Origin: Candidatus Fermentibacteraceae bacterium
GTDB lineage: Bacteria; Fermentibacterota; Fermentibacteria; Fermentibacterales; JCC-6
DNA length: 49,505 nt
Direction of reading: 5' to 3'
Assembly (NCBI GenBank): GCA_030592635.1
Contig: JAUVIS010000002.1
Location: 1 to 49,505 of the forward strand
Of the stretch, positions 23,688 to 32,951 are shown one piece after another (the stretch's first letter is position 1; the number at the start of each line of letters is the position of its first letter). The notes under the pieces were generated by a model, which was not told the origin of the DNA, did not search any database, and saw nothing but the letters and a program-made list of their open reading frames with translations. A program made the position numbers and the translations under genes.

Positions 23688-24985
23688 CACCGGCTGAAAC
23701 AGTAACATGGCTGAACAGACATGTTATAGGGCAGGATCAGGCAAAAAGAACAGTTGCTATTGCGCTCAGGAACAGACACAGAAGAAGACTGGTTGAAGAG
23801 CCGATGCAGTCGGAAATATATCCCAGCAATCTGATCATGATGGGTCCCACAGGAGTGGGAAAGACAGAGATTGCCCGTCGAATGGCCAGCCTGGTTGAAG
23901 CTCCTTTCATAAAGGTTGAGGCCACCAAGTACACGGAGACCGGCTATGTGGGCAGAGATGTGGAAGGAATCATAAGAGATCTTGTCCGCTCCGCGGTAAA
24001 TCTTGCCACAGGTAAGGCCCGGGAGGAGAGAAGAGGAGAAGCCGAAACAAGAGTTTCCAGAAGACTTCTCGATGCCGTCTCTAAAAATGGTGTTAACTAC
24101 GGTTCTCCGGAAGAACTGGTGGAATTGTTGAGCGCGGGGCGACTGGACGATCTGGAGATTGAGCTCTCCGTGACCGAAAAAGCCATGGGAGTAGAAATAT
24201 TTCCCATGATCCCGGGGCAGGGATTTGACAATCAGATGAATGATCAGATGAAGAAAATGCTTGAAAAGGTTATCGGGAAGCGAAGGAAGAAGATTTGTCT
24301 TACTGTTTCAGACGCGAGAAAAAAGCTTTTCGATGATGAAATGAGCAGAATCCTTGAGGGTGGAGACCACATTCAGGAGGGACTGAAACTGGCTCAGGAG
24401 GAAGGCATTGTTTTTATCGACGAAATAGACAAGATCATCGGTTCAGAGGGCGGCAGCGGCCCTGATGTTTCCAGAATGGGAGTCCAGAGAGATATTCTTC
24501 CGCTGGTCGAGGGCAGCACGGTGGCCACAAGATACGGTCCGGTAAAGACCGATCACATTCTCTTTATTGCCGCTGGAGCTTTTCACGGAAGCAGTCCGGC
24601 TGACCTGATTCCTGAACTTCAGGGAAGATTTCCACTGAGGGTATCTCTTGATCCGCTTTCCGAGGAAGATCTTCTGCGAATTCTTACAGAACCGGAAAAC
24701 TGTATCCTTGATCAGTATGTACAACTCCTTGCGGCAGACGGTCTGGAACTTATTGTTGACGGGCAGGCGAAAAGAAAAATAGCCGCCACCGCCAGACACC
24801 TGAATGAGGAAAAGGAGGACATAGGCGCCAGACGACTCCGGTCGGTTCTTTCGTTCCTTCTGGACGAATATCTCTTTGGTGCTCCTGATATTATTCAGGG
24901 AAAAGTCAGACTTACCGGGAAGAAGGCACAGGAGAGACTCGCTGTGCTGGTTGAAAGAAAGGATGAAGATGGTTATATTCTCTAG
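23666..24985 (+). CDS. hslU: ATP-dependent protease ATPase subunit HslU
   Basis: TPAETVTWLNRHVIGQDQAKRTVAIALRNRHRR, Walker A GPTGVGKTEIARR, Walker B VFIDEIDKI and the sensor region are present. I chose the ATG at 23666 because GGAGGAG lies upstream. The ATG at 23684 (ATGA overlap with hslV) is an alternative. Confidence 0.92.
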   Translation: MRTTKTMTPAETVTWLNRHVIGQDQAKRTVAIALRNRHRRRLVEEPMQSEIYPSNLIMMGPTGVGKTEIARRMASLVEAPFIKVEATKYTETGYVGRDVEGIIRDLVRSAVNLATGKAREERRGEAETRVSRRLLDAVSKNGVNYGSPEELVELLSAGRLDDLEIELSVTEKAMGVEIFPMIPGQGFDNQMNDQMKKMLEKVIGKRRKKICLTVSDARKKLFDDEMSRILEGGDHIQEGLKLAQEEGIVFIDEIDKIIGSEGGSGPDVSRMGVQRDILPLVEGSTVATRYGPVKTDHILFIAAGAFHGSSPADLIPELQGRFPLRVSLDPLSEEDLLRILTEPENCILDQYVQLLAADGLELIVDGQAKRKIAATARHLNEEKEDIGARRLRSVLSFLLDEYLFGAPDIIQGKVRLTGKKAQERLAVLVERKDEDGYIL

Positions 24986-25020
24986 CGAATTGTATATGGC
25001 CATATTGAATAGGGGGAGGG

Positions 25021-25599
25021 ATGCACAGATCGGGTAACGAGGTTGCTTACAAGATAGTTTACTACGGTCCTGGTCTTTCGGGGAAAACAACCAACCTGAG
25101 GGGCATCCGGGACATTATCGCACCGGAAAACAGGGGCAGGCTTGTAACCCTCTGCACAAGATGCGAGAGAACTGTATTCTTTGATTTTCTCCCGGTAAAT
25201 TTTGCCAGAATCGGAGATATGCGGGTTAAGCTTCATCTCTATTCTGTTCCGGGACAAGCGTATTACGCTCTGAGCCGAAGGGTGATACTTGACGGCATTG
25301 ACGGAGTGGTTTTCGTTGCCGACAGCCAGAAGGAAAGGTCTGAAGCAAACCTCAGTACCATTGATGACCTTGAACACAATTTGAAGAGTTACGGTCTTGA
25401 CATGTCAATGATTCCCATGGTTCTCCAGTTCAACAAGAGGGATCTTCCCGGAATAATGTCAACCGGTAAAATGAATACCGATCTGAACAAATTCGGCTGG
25501 CCTACTGTGGAATCAGTAGCCATTGGCGGAAGTGGTCCCGCCGAGACGCTCAAGATCATTGCCACGCAGATCGCCAAGCGCCATGCGCGCACAGGCTGA
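25021..25599 (+). CDS. mglA: MglA-type Ras-superfamily small GTPase (paralog 2)
   Basis: KIVYYGPGLSGKTTN, ERTVFFDFLP, YSVPGQAYY, IDGVVFVADSQ and NKRD are present. An RBS, GGGGGAGGG, lies directly upstream. Confidence 0.85.
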   Translation: MHRSGNEVAYKIVYYGPGLSGKTTNLRGIRDIIAPENRGRLVTLCTRCERTVFFDFLPVNFARIGDMRVKLHLYSVPGQAYYALSRRVILDGIDGVVFVADSQKERSEANLSTIDDLEHNLKSYGLDMSMIPMVLQFNKRDLPGIMSTGKMNTDLNKFGWPTVESVAIGGSGPAETLKIIATQIAKRHARTG

Positions 25600-27724
25600 T
25601 TCTAAAAATCAATTTAATATTATTGTCCTTCTGCTGCTTCTTGTAGCAGGAGGCTTTGCTTTCCGTACAGTTTTCGCCCGGTCAGTAATGCGACCTCCTT
25701 CCAGAATGCAGGGGGAAACCACTCAGGCATACCGGTATGCCCGGATGGTTTCAGACGGGGAGGGAATACCCGAGGTTGACACTCTGGTTATGCGTCCGAA
25801 CGGTATGATCACGGCAGAGAACTCTGTTTTTGAAGAGTACATTGCCGGGGGGATACACAGAGTGGTCGGCGGAGATTTTAACAGGTTTCTGTTGCTGTTC
25901 TGCCGTATATTTCCTCTGCTCGTACTGCCGGTAATTTTCTTCTGGATGCGCAATTCGGGTTTTTCAATGCCGGAGTCTTCCGCCGGCGCCGGATTGTATG
26001 CTGTCTTCCTTCCTGCTCTGCTGCGAACCAGAGGGGAGAGCCTGTATCGCGAAACTGTAGCGCTGCCTCTTATTACACTGACTCTTGCGCTTGCGGATAT
26101 GGGAATTCGAAGCGAGAGAAAAAACACTCTCAAATTCTCAATCGCAGCAGCCGTAACCTTTTTTATGGCTCTCGCGTCCTGGAAGGTTACAGGCTTTATC
26201 TCTTTCTTCATATTCACATGGCTGGCTTTCCGGAAGCCGGGCCTTCGCACAGTCCTTCCTCTGGCTGTGAGTCAACTGGCTGCCGCAACCCTTCTTACTC
26301 ACATGCGTCACGATATGGCTCTGCTTTCTCCCGGTACTATTATGGCAGTCGCGGCAGTTGCTTCCTCATTCTTTAACCACAAAGTTTTCCCATGGGCAGG
26401 GCTTATGGTTTCTCTTGCCTCAGGCGTATTTTTCAGCTCCTCCTCCAGTGGCCATGTAGCTTCCGTAATTGCGGCGAAGCTTAAATTTTTCTTCAGCCAT
26501 CCCGAGGATCCCGCGCTGCTGTCCGGCGATGCCCGTCTTTTCTGGGTAAGCGGATACACCAGTCCGTCCGTCGGGCAGATTATTCTGCTTTTCGGTGCAG
26601 CCGCTGTTATTGCCGTATGGGGATGGAAACCATTAAGAGAAAAGACTCGCGGATCAGCCATGCTTTTTCTTGCACCTCTTTCCGCCGCCGGATACCTTTT
26701 CTTTGACAGACTTCATGTGCTTCTGGCCATCGGTATTATTCCAGCGGTTATAGCTGCCCTGCGAGGCCGCAGGTGGATGCTTCCGGTTCTGCTGACGGTC
26801 TTTGGTCTTCAGTCAATGTTTGCGCCTCAACTTGCGACCCTGCTTTCATCCACGGGTCTTTCATTTGGTGATTCTTCCTCACTTCTCAAAGATTCCGAGC
26901 TTGACGATTTTGTTGACTGGGCAGAGGAAAATCCGGGAACTATGCTTTCCTTCTGGCACATTTCAGGATTGCTCTCCGCTTACGCTGAAATGCCGGTTGT
27001 CACTCACACCTTCTTTGAAAATACAGAAAACCGTGAAACCATTATTGAGTTCGCCGAAAGAATCTACGGCACAGAAGATGAAATGGTTGATTTCATGGAA
27101 GAGAAGAGAGCCATATATCTGGCTTACCAGGCTGATTTCACCTTCGACAGAACACCTCAGGGACTTCTTTACCTTGCGGCGCTCACAGAGATTCCCGACG
27201 GTTGTCTCGCGATAAGGCTTCACTACTATCCCCATTCTCTTGAAAGGCTGAAACTGATATGGCAGGGGCCATCCATCAGAGTATTCCAGCTTGATGGAGA
27301 CACAGCTGATACGCGAAGACAACTACTCTGGGAAACCCGGTACGGCTCTTTCCTGCACAACAGGGAGATGGCGGGTGCCGTGATTAACTCTCCTGTTGAA
27401 ACCGGTATTTATCTTGCCGATCAGGGAATCAGCAACAGTGATCCGCAAAAAATATCCGCTGCTCTGCTGATCTTTTCGCTGTCCCGGAACGATGTGCCGG
27501 CAGACGCCGCCGTCACTCTTCTTCAGGAGCTTCTTATGGCTCATCTTGCGGGAGAGTATTCAATTGAGTATCTGGAAGAAGACTTTGTCGCTTATCTTGA
27601 CGGCTGGGGACCGGATCCTCAGCTCCGCTTCGATCTTGTCAGACTGTTGAGAAACAATGACCTTGATCAAAGGGCGGATTTCCACATGGAGATAATTGAA
27701 AGGATGGGAAGAAACGGTTTATGA
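25583..27724 (+). CDS. Large polytopic membrane protein with C-terminal soluble domain (GT-C / STT3-like architecture, family not recognised)
   Basis: There are about 11-13 hydrophobic helices followed by a ~300-aa soluble part. The first loop, YRYARMVSDGEGIPEVD...RPNG, and the post-TM segment SFWHISG loosely recall STT3 EL1 and WWDYG, but the WWDYG Asp is not conserved. The ATG at 25583 overlaps mglA-2 by 17 nt. Confidence 0.65.
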   Translation: MRAQADSKNQFNIIVLLLLLVAGGFAFRTVFARSVMRPPSRMQGETTQAYRYARMVSDGEGIPEVDTLVMRPNGMITAENSVFEEYIAGGIHRVVGGDFNRFLLLFCRIFPLLVLPVIFFWMRNSGFSMPESSAGAGLYAVFLPALLRTRGESLYRETVALPLITLTLALADMGIRSERKNTLKFSIAAAVTFFMALASWKVTGFISFFIFTWLAFRKPGLRTVLPLAVSQLAAATLLTHMRHDMALLSPGTIMAVAAVASSFFNHKVFPWAGLMVSLASGVFFSSSSSGHVASVIAAKLKFFFSHPEDPALLSGDARLFWVSGYTSPSVGQIILLFGAAAVIAVWGWKPLREKTRGSAMLFLAPLSAAGYLFFDRLHVLLAIGIIPAVIAALRGRRWMLPVLLTVFGLQSMFAPQLATLLSSTGLSFGDSSSLLKDSELDDFVDWAEENPGTMLSFWHISGLLSAYAEMPVVTHTFFENTENRETIIEFAERIYGTEDEMVDFMEEKRAIYLAYQADFTFDRTPQGLLYLAALTEIPDGCLAIRLHYYPHSLERLKLIWQGPSIRVFQLDGDTADTRRQLLWETRYGSFLHNREMAGAVINSPVETGIYLADQGISNSDPQKISAALLIFSLSRNDVPADAAVTLLQELLMAHLAGEYSIEYLEEDFVAYLDGWGPDPQLRFDLVRLLRNNDLDQRADFHMEIIERMGRNGL

Positions 27725-28524
27725 GCCTCAAATTCCTTAAGATGAGCGGCGCGGGGAATGATTTTATCATGGTGGACAACAGAGACGGTGCCTGTTCGAA
27801 CCATCTGCATACAGAGGAAATTGCCAGTCTTTGCCGGAGAGGTCTTTCTGCCGGCGCGGACGGGCTGATTGAGATAAGACTGGATCCCAGGCACGCCTTT
27901 GCCATGAAGTACTACAACTCCGACGGCAGTCCGGCAGAAATGTGCGGCAACGGTGCCCGGTGTATATGTCGTTTTGCTGTCGAACTGGGAATTGTGAAAC
28001 CGGGAGTTGAGTTTTTCTTTTCAAGTGACGCGGGCAGCCACCGAGGAATTGTGACTGGAAACAGTGAAGCAAAAATATGGGTAACCGAGCCTGTTCTTCA
28101 CTTTCTTAAAAAGAATATCAGAATTGAGAACGAAATTCAAGTGGGATTTGCTGATACAGGAGTTCCTCATGCGGTTGTATTCACAGACGATCTTGAAGAC
28201 GGCTCTTTTGAGAAATATGCTTCCATACTCAGATCACACAGAGAGTTCGGACTTGCCGGAGCAAATGTTAACTGGGTAAAGGTTCAGGAAGACGGATCCC
28301 TGATAATGAGAACCTATGAGAGGGGAGTGGAGGGCGAGACTCTCGCATGTGGCACAGGGGCAGTCGCTTCAGCCCTGATTGCCGCTGAAAGGTTTGATTC
28401 CGTCACTTTACCTGTTAGAATAACCGTACGCAGCGGGCTGGATATTACCGCAGGCAGAGACTCCACGGGCTGGTGGCTCCGGGGAGAAGCACGGATAGTC
28501 TACAGAGCGGAGACAGTTTCTTGA
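27721..28524 (+). CDS. dapF: Diaminopimelate epimerase
   Basis: FLKMSGAGNDFIMVDNRD is present. The two catalytic Cys contexts are EMCGNGARC and ACGTGAVA. Confidence 0.9.
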   Translation: MSLKFLKMSGAGNDFIMVDNRDGACSNHLHTEEIASLCRRGLSAGADGLIEIRLDPRHAFAMKYYNSDGSPAEMCGNGARCICRFAVELGIVKPGVEFFFSSDAGSHRGIVTGNSEAKIWVTEPVLHFLKKNIRIENEIQVGFADTGVPHAVVFTDDLEDGSFEKYASILRSHREFGLAGANVNWVKVQEDGSLIMRTYERGVEGETLACGTGAVASALIAAERFDSVTLPVRITVRSGLDITAGRDSTGWWLRGEARIVYRAETVS

Positions 28525-28529
28525 ACAGA

Positions 28530-28605
28530 GCGGGCATAACTCAGTTGGCAGAGTGTCAGCTTCCCATGCTGAATGTCGCGGGTTCGACCCCCGTTGCCCG
28601 CTCCA
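28530..28605 (+). tRNA. tRNA-Gly (anticodon CCC), CCA encoded
   Basis: Hand-folded cloverleaf: acceptor GCGGGCA/TGCCCGC, D stem ACTC/GAGT, anticodon stem TCAGC/GCTGA, loop TTCCCAT, T arm GCGGG-TTCGACC-CCCGT, then discriminator T plus CCA. Confidence 0.9.
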
Positions 28606-28621
28606 TAACTTCTGGAACGGT

Positions 28622-29221
28622 ATGATATTTCTGATTCTTTTGTTATCAGCTGACGCACCGACAAACATTCAATGTATGTGGATGTTACGGGCGGGAAGTC
28701 AAACAGCAACTATCCAGGCAGTGATGGGTTCGTCTCTGTATTCCAGAGCCTGTACGGCTTCCGCGAACGAGTTCTCCCGTGATAATCTTCTCGACGGAAT
28801 TAAAGGTGGCGACATATCCATGATCGTTCCCCTTGCGGCTCTTCTTGTCTCAGAGGGCAGGGCTGATCTGGCGGAAGTCTACTGGGAGATGGAAGGACGG
28901 GATCTGCCTGTCACCCGGAATGATCTTCTTGACGTGCTTTCGTGGTTCGGGCGATACGAACTTTATCCGATAATGGCACTCAATCCCACAGTCCCTTCTG
29001 ACATGGAAGGAACAATGCACTCAGATCAATGCGGCGCTGTTTGTGCTCTCGGATGGATGACCGTAAGGGAAGACGGTCTGTTTCACTGTGAGGAACTTGT
29101 TTCACCGGCGGATATTCAGATACTCTCAGGATTCTTCCCCGGTGTTAATTCTGAAATGAAATATATTCCATCCGGATTTCTTGACAGTATGCTCAAGACG
29201 ACAACTCGAGTTACACGATGA
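28622..29221 (+). CDS. Hypothetical protein (hydrophobic N-terminus)
   Basis: The track ORF (28553) overlaps the tRNA. The first ATG after the tRNA is at 28622 (MIFLILLLSA). There is an ATGA overlap with the downstream gene. I recognised no family. Confidence 0.45.
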   Translation: MIFLILLLSADAPTNIQCMWMLRAGSQTATIQAVMGSSLYSRACTASANEFSRDNLLDGIKGGDISMIVPLAALLVSEGRADLAEVYWEMEGRDLPVTRNDLLDVLSWFGRYELYPIMALNPTVPSDMEGTMHSDQCGAVCALGWMTVREDGLFHCEELVSPADIQILSGFFPGVNSEMKYIPSGFLDSMLKTTTRVTR

Positions 29222-29847
29222 ACCTCAACGAACCTCAGCAGAAACATCTGGAACAGTTGTCCCGTGGCATCGCAATGATTAAACGGTCTCAGGAGCAGCT
29301 CCCGATAGTGCCGGCCCTTGTATCCTGGGTTCGTATCATTCTCCTTCCCTTCTGCCTCTGGACCGGCTGGAACTCCGATTACACCGCTATGTTCTGGCTG
29401 TGCATTGTCGCCGCCTCAAGTGACTATTTCGATGGATTGATTGCCAGAAAAATGAAGAAGTCCAGTACTCCGGGGAAAACGCTGGATATTCTGGCGGACA
29501 AACTCTTCCTTTCTGTCATGCTGATATTTCTTGCAAGACTGGGGGCTGTTACCGGGCTGCTCGCCATGATTCCCGCATGGTATCACATCACTGTTGTTCT
29601 GGGGCTGCTTGTGGTGTCATGGAGTATCAAAATTCCTGTGGTTGCCATAACCACAAGCGAAAGGCTTACAATTATTCTCAGTTATGTTCTGGTGCTTACC
29701 GCCGCCGGTACTCTGGCATATCCGGACAAAAGTATTTTCTTCAAACTTACATGGGTTGCTCAAATACTCACACCGATAGCTGCCGTCTTCGGTGTAATCA
29801 GCTACTTCAGATTCTCCAGAAGACTGATACAGAAGTATATGCAATGA
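29218..29847 (+). CDS. CDP-alcohol phosphatidyltransferase family protein
   Basis: The signature D-x2-D-G-x2-A-R...G-x3-D-x3-D is present as SDYFDGLIARKMKKSSTPGKTLDILADKL. The protein is polytopic. Confidence 0.8.
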   Translation: MNLNEPQQKHLEQLSRGIAMIKRSQEQLPIVPALVSWVRIILLPFCLWTGWNSDYTAMFWLCIVAASSDYFDGLIARKMKKSSTPGKTLDILADKLFLSVMLIFLARLGAVTGLLAMIPAWYHITVVLGLLVVSWSIKIPVVAITTSERLTIILSYVLVLTAAGTLAYPDKSIFFKLTWVAQILTPIAAVFGVISYFRFSRRLIQKYMQ

Positions 29848-30515
29848 TATTAATATTTCTGATAATCCTCACTGGAATTTCTCCCGTAGAACTGGAACAG
29901 GCAGGACGGCTTGCGGAGGCCGGAGCCGCGTGGGAAGCTGAGGATGATCCGGCCGGACAGGCACGAATTATGGGCAGGCTGATTGAAGAAGCAATTTACG
30001 CAGGCGACGGCAGAAGAGCAGTTCTTCTTTCAATTGAGCTGCAAAGTCTCTGCGGAGACGGTGATCTCTATGACTTCTGGATGGCCAGAATTGCCTGGAT
30101 TTCGGGTCTCTCGGAACTCGCAATCACAAAGCTTATGCTTCTGGCTCCGGATGATCCATGGCTTTATCACCGGGCCAGGGGGCTGTCCGCTCTTTTCAGG
30201 GAAGATGGTAAAACGGCCGTTGAAGAATTGATGCTTTCCATTGCCTCTGCCTCAACAGCCAGAAAAGCTTTCTGGAGCGCAATTGATCTGTGCTCCGCAT
30301 ATTTGAATCTTGGAATGTATGAAGAAGCCCTTTATCTTTCCCGGTTGATTCGCGTTCATTATCCCGGTGATGTCCTTGGAGATGTTATGTACGGTTTGTG
30401 CCTCCAGACATCGGGGCAGTTCGGCGAATCCTCAAGAGTTCTTAACACAGTTGATTCATCCAACCCGGCTGCGGAACACATAGCCAGAAGAATAATGGAA
30501 GGATTTGAGCAGTGA
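29844..30515 (+). CDS. Hypothetical TPR-like helical protein with N-terminal hydrophobic segment
   Basis: The ATG at 29844 forms an ATGA overlap with the preceding stop. The track ORF (29577) is an out-of-frame extension through the upstream gene. Confidence 0.55.
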   Translation: MILIFLIILTGISPVELEQAGRLAEAGAAWEAEDDPAGQARIMGRLIEEAIYAGDGRRAVLLSIELQSLCGDGDLYDFWMARIAWISGLSELAITKLMLLAPDDPWLYHRARGLSALFREDGKTAVEELMLSIASASTARKAFWSAIDLCSAYLNLGMYEEALYLSRLIRVHYPGDVLGDVMYGLCLQTSGQFGESSRVLNTVDSSNPAAEHIARRIMEGFEQ

Positions 30516-31402
30516 AGTTTCTCAGGAAAATGTTTGGTAGTCGAAGAGAGGCAAAAGTGTCTTCAAACTGGAGTGATTTCAGATTTCCATCAGATATACT
30601 GAGACCTGAATCCGCCGGTGTTTTTACTTCTTCGGATATCTCGGATGCCTGGTCATCTGTTTATATGGCAAAAGCTCTTCAGGATGCCTATCCGGGTACT
30701 CCAATTCACTTTGTGGCACATCAGGATGTGTTTGAACTGGCAGGATTCCTTCCCTGGACACCGGAGATGCACATCTACTCCGGTGATCCCGGATCTCCGG
30801 ATCCCTTTCCACCGAAAGGTGTGCTCCTCTTCAGCACCTGTCCAGGCGATGATCTTCTCAGGTTTGTTGAAAAAACATCTCCGCTGGCCTGCGTCTCTTC
30901 AGTGAAACACCCGGCCGTGAATATCAGAATAAAAACAGTTTCAGATGTATTCCCCGATAACACCCATGGAATCATGAGTGTTCTCCAGTTGAAGACCGAT
31001 ATGAACTGGAAGCCAGTTGTGCCCCGTGTTCTTGCCGATAAGGCCTCGACTATCCTTTCGCCTGTTTCTCATCGAACACTGCCATACATTCTGGCCACTG
31101 AGGACGCCTCTGATATTTTTAAAAGGAAGAGAGCGGAAGTTCCTCTGAAGATTGTCCTTGTGGACGGCAACAGCACCAATATTCCCCCGGAGACCAGCGA
31201 AGGAATCAAAGCTGCACTGGTAGCAGGAGCATCAGCTGTTGCCACCACCGACAGAGATTTCTGGATTCATGCCCGGGCACTTGGAACCCCCGTGATCGGA
31301 CTTGACAGAAAGGGAGCATTCAACGGATGGGGTTCCGAACCGGCAACTGGAGATACGCAATTCCTGGAACAATGGGCATCACTTATCAGACGCGGATGGT
31401 AA
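30512..31402 (+). CDS. Divergent glycosyltransferase family 9-like (heptosyltransferase-fold) protein
   Basis: The N-terminal pattern ...AKALQDAYPGTPIHFVAHQDVFELAGFLPW... and the C-terminal LVAGASAVATTDRDFWIHARALGTPVIGL resemble GT9 proteins. The assignment is weak. Confidence 0.45.
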   Translation: MKFLRKMFGSRREAKVSSNWSDFRFPSDILRPESAGVFTSSDISDAWSSVYMAKALQDAYPGTPIHFVAHQDVFELAGFLPWTPEMHIYSGDPGSPDPFPPKGVLLFSTCPGDDLLRFVEKTSPLACVSSVKHPAVNIRIKTVSDVFPDNTHGIMSVLQLKTDMNWKPVVPRVLADKASTILSPVSHRTLPYILATEDASDIFKRKRAEVPLKIVLVDGNSTNIPPETSEGIKAALVAGASAVATTDRDFWIHARALGTPVIGLDRKGAFNGWGSEPATGDTQFLEQWASLIRRGW

Positions 31403-31408
31403 CAGATA

Positions 31409-31813
31409 ATGAAGAGAGTAATTACATACGGAACATTTGATCTCTTCCATATTGGTCATTTGAATATCCTGAAACGAGCCAGAGCTCTTGGAGACTATCT
31501 TGTAGTTGCCGTTTCAACAGATGAGTTCAACACCGGAAAACACAAACAGTGTGTTTATCCCTATGCACACCGGGCGCAGATTGTTGAATCAATACGATTT
31601 GTTGACAAGGTTATTCCGGAAACAAGCTGGAATCAGAAATTAGAAGATATTAAGAATAATTCCATTGATGTATTCGTTATCGGAGATGACTGGAAAGGCA
31701 AGTTTGACTTTTTGAAGGAATACTGTGAAGTGGTCTATCTTCCAAGAACAGAAAGTATTTCAACAACCGCGATTAAAAATACAGTGCAGAACGGCAGATC
31801 CATCTCCACATGA
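31409..31813 (+). CDS. tagD: Glycerol-3-phosphate cytidylyltransferase
   Basis: The match to Bacillus TagD is near full-length: KRVITYGTFDLFHIGHLNILKRA, VAVSTDEFN, VFVIGDDWKGKFDFLKEYCEVVYLPRTESISTT. Confidence 0.9.
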   Translation: MKRVITYGTFDLFHIGHLNILKRARALGDYLVVAVSTDEFNTGKHKQCVYPYAHRAQIVESIRFVDKVIPETSWNQKLEDIKNNSIDVFVIGDDWKGKFDFLKEYCEVVYLPRTESISTTAIKNTVQNGRSIST

Positions 31814-32847
31814 AATTACTCTTTTATGTTTCAAAACTCTATTCTATTCCCGTGATTCAACCTCTCGTGAAAGAGGCAGCGGAACAAAAAGTTGAAATCG
31901 CTCTTTTTGTCAGCTCTAAAGTAAGCAGAAAGCTTCCGGAAACCCTTTCAACAGTTGAAGCGTTTACAGAACTGAAAGACGCAATTGCCTTCAATCCGGA
32001 TTTCGTTCTGTGTCCGGGCAACTTTGTGGATTTCCGTCTGCCGGGAATAAAAGTGGAGCTTTTTCACGGAATCGGAATTGAAAAACCGTCGCACTACAAA
32101 ATCAGGCACTTCTTCGATCTCTATCTCAGTTCCGGACCGGTTGTAACCGCCCGTTTTAAGGAAATGGAAAGAAAGCGCGGATACTTCAGAACCGTTGAAA
32201 CAGGCTGGCCGAAGATTGATCACATTTTGAATTATGATATCACTGATATCAGAAAACGATTCAATCTGCCGCAGGATAAAAAGATTATCCTGTACGCTCC
32301 GACACACAGCAGCAGCATGGAATCCGCAAAGGATATTCTTCCTGCTATTGAAAAAATAATGAAATCCGATGAGATATGGTTCTGCAAGCCCCATGAGTTT
32401 ATGGACAAAGAACTTCTTCAGGAATTGCGCGGAAAACAAGTCAAACTGATAGACGACTGTGACATTACACCTTACCTTCACCTGGCTGATGTGCTGATTT
32501 CTGATACCTCTTCTGTAATCTACGAATTCATGGTTCTCGAAAAACCGGTAATCACATATCGGACGCTCAGCAGGAAAGACAAGGGAATAGACATACAATC
32601 AGCAGCAGAGTTAAGAAATGCCCTGGACAGGTCTCTAAGCTCGCCGGGAGAATTTGCGGGGCAGAGGCAGAGACACCTGCGGGAAGTAAACCCACGACTT
32701 GATGGTTCCATTTCCAGGGGGATTATTGACCTGCTCTCGTCTATAGACTCAACTCAACCGATGAGTAAGGGCAGGAAACCCTTAAACCTCTTTCGCAAGA
32801 TGCAGATTCTCTATCACAGCCGTTTCCGCAAAGGTTATCTCCGATAA
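31810..32847 (+). CDS. CDP-glycerol glycerophosphotransferase family protein (TagB/TagF-like) 1
   Basis: The motifs ILYAPTHSS, CKPHEF and VLISDTSSVIYEFMVLEKPVITY are present. There is a 4-nt overlap with tagD. Confidence 0.85.
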   Translation: MKLLFYVSKLYSIPVIQPLVKEAAEQKVEIALFVSSKVSRKLPETLSTVEAFTELKDAIAFNPDFVLCPGNFVDFRLPGIKVELFHGIGIEKPSHYKIRHFFDLYLSSGPVVTARFKEMERKRGYFRTVETGWPKIDHILNYDITDIRKRFNLPQDKKIILYAPTHSSSMESAKDILPAIEKIMKSDEIWFCKPHEFMDKELLQELRGKQVKLIDDCDITPYLHLADVLISDTSSVIYEFMVLEKPVITYRTLSRKDKGIDIQSAAELRNALDRSLSSPGEFAGQRQRHLREVNPRLDGSISRGIIDLLSSIDSTQPMSKGRKPLNLFRKMQILYHSRFRKGYLR

Positions 32848-32951
32848 TGATTTCTTGCGGAATCTGATGCAAATGATTATAGTTTTCCCGGCAATTCAGT
32901 TTCAAATATTTACAACATACATGGTCTCATTAAGTTACGCGGAGCAGTGAA

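Noticed and set aside
24443-25377. 215-aa and 131-aa minus-strand ORFs
   Set aside because: They are antisense to hslU and mglA-like 2, both of which have diagnostic motifs.
28408-28709. Minus-strand ORFs of 86 and 69 aa, and the 5' part of the plus-strand ORF at 28553, overlapping 28530-28605
   Set aside because: They run through a tRNA-Gly gene that folds perfectly, so they are not coding. The downstream CDS was re-started at 28622.
29577-29843. N-terminal 89 aa of the track ORF 29577-30515
   Set aside because: This stretch lies out of frame inside the CDP-alcohol phosphatidyltransferase gene and is Cys/His/Arg-rich nonsense. An ATGA-coupled start at 29844 gives a sensible protein.
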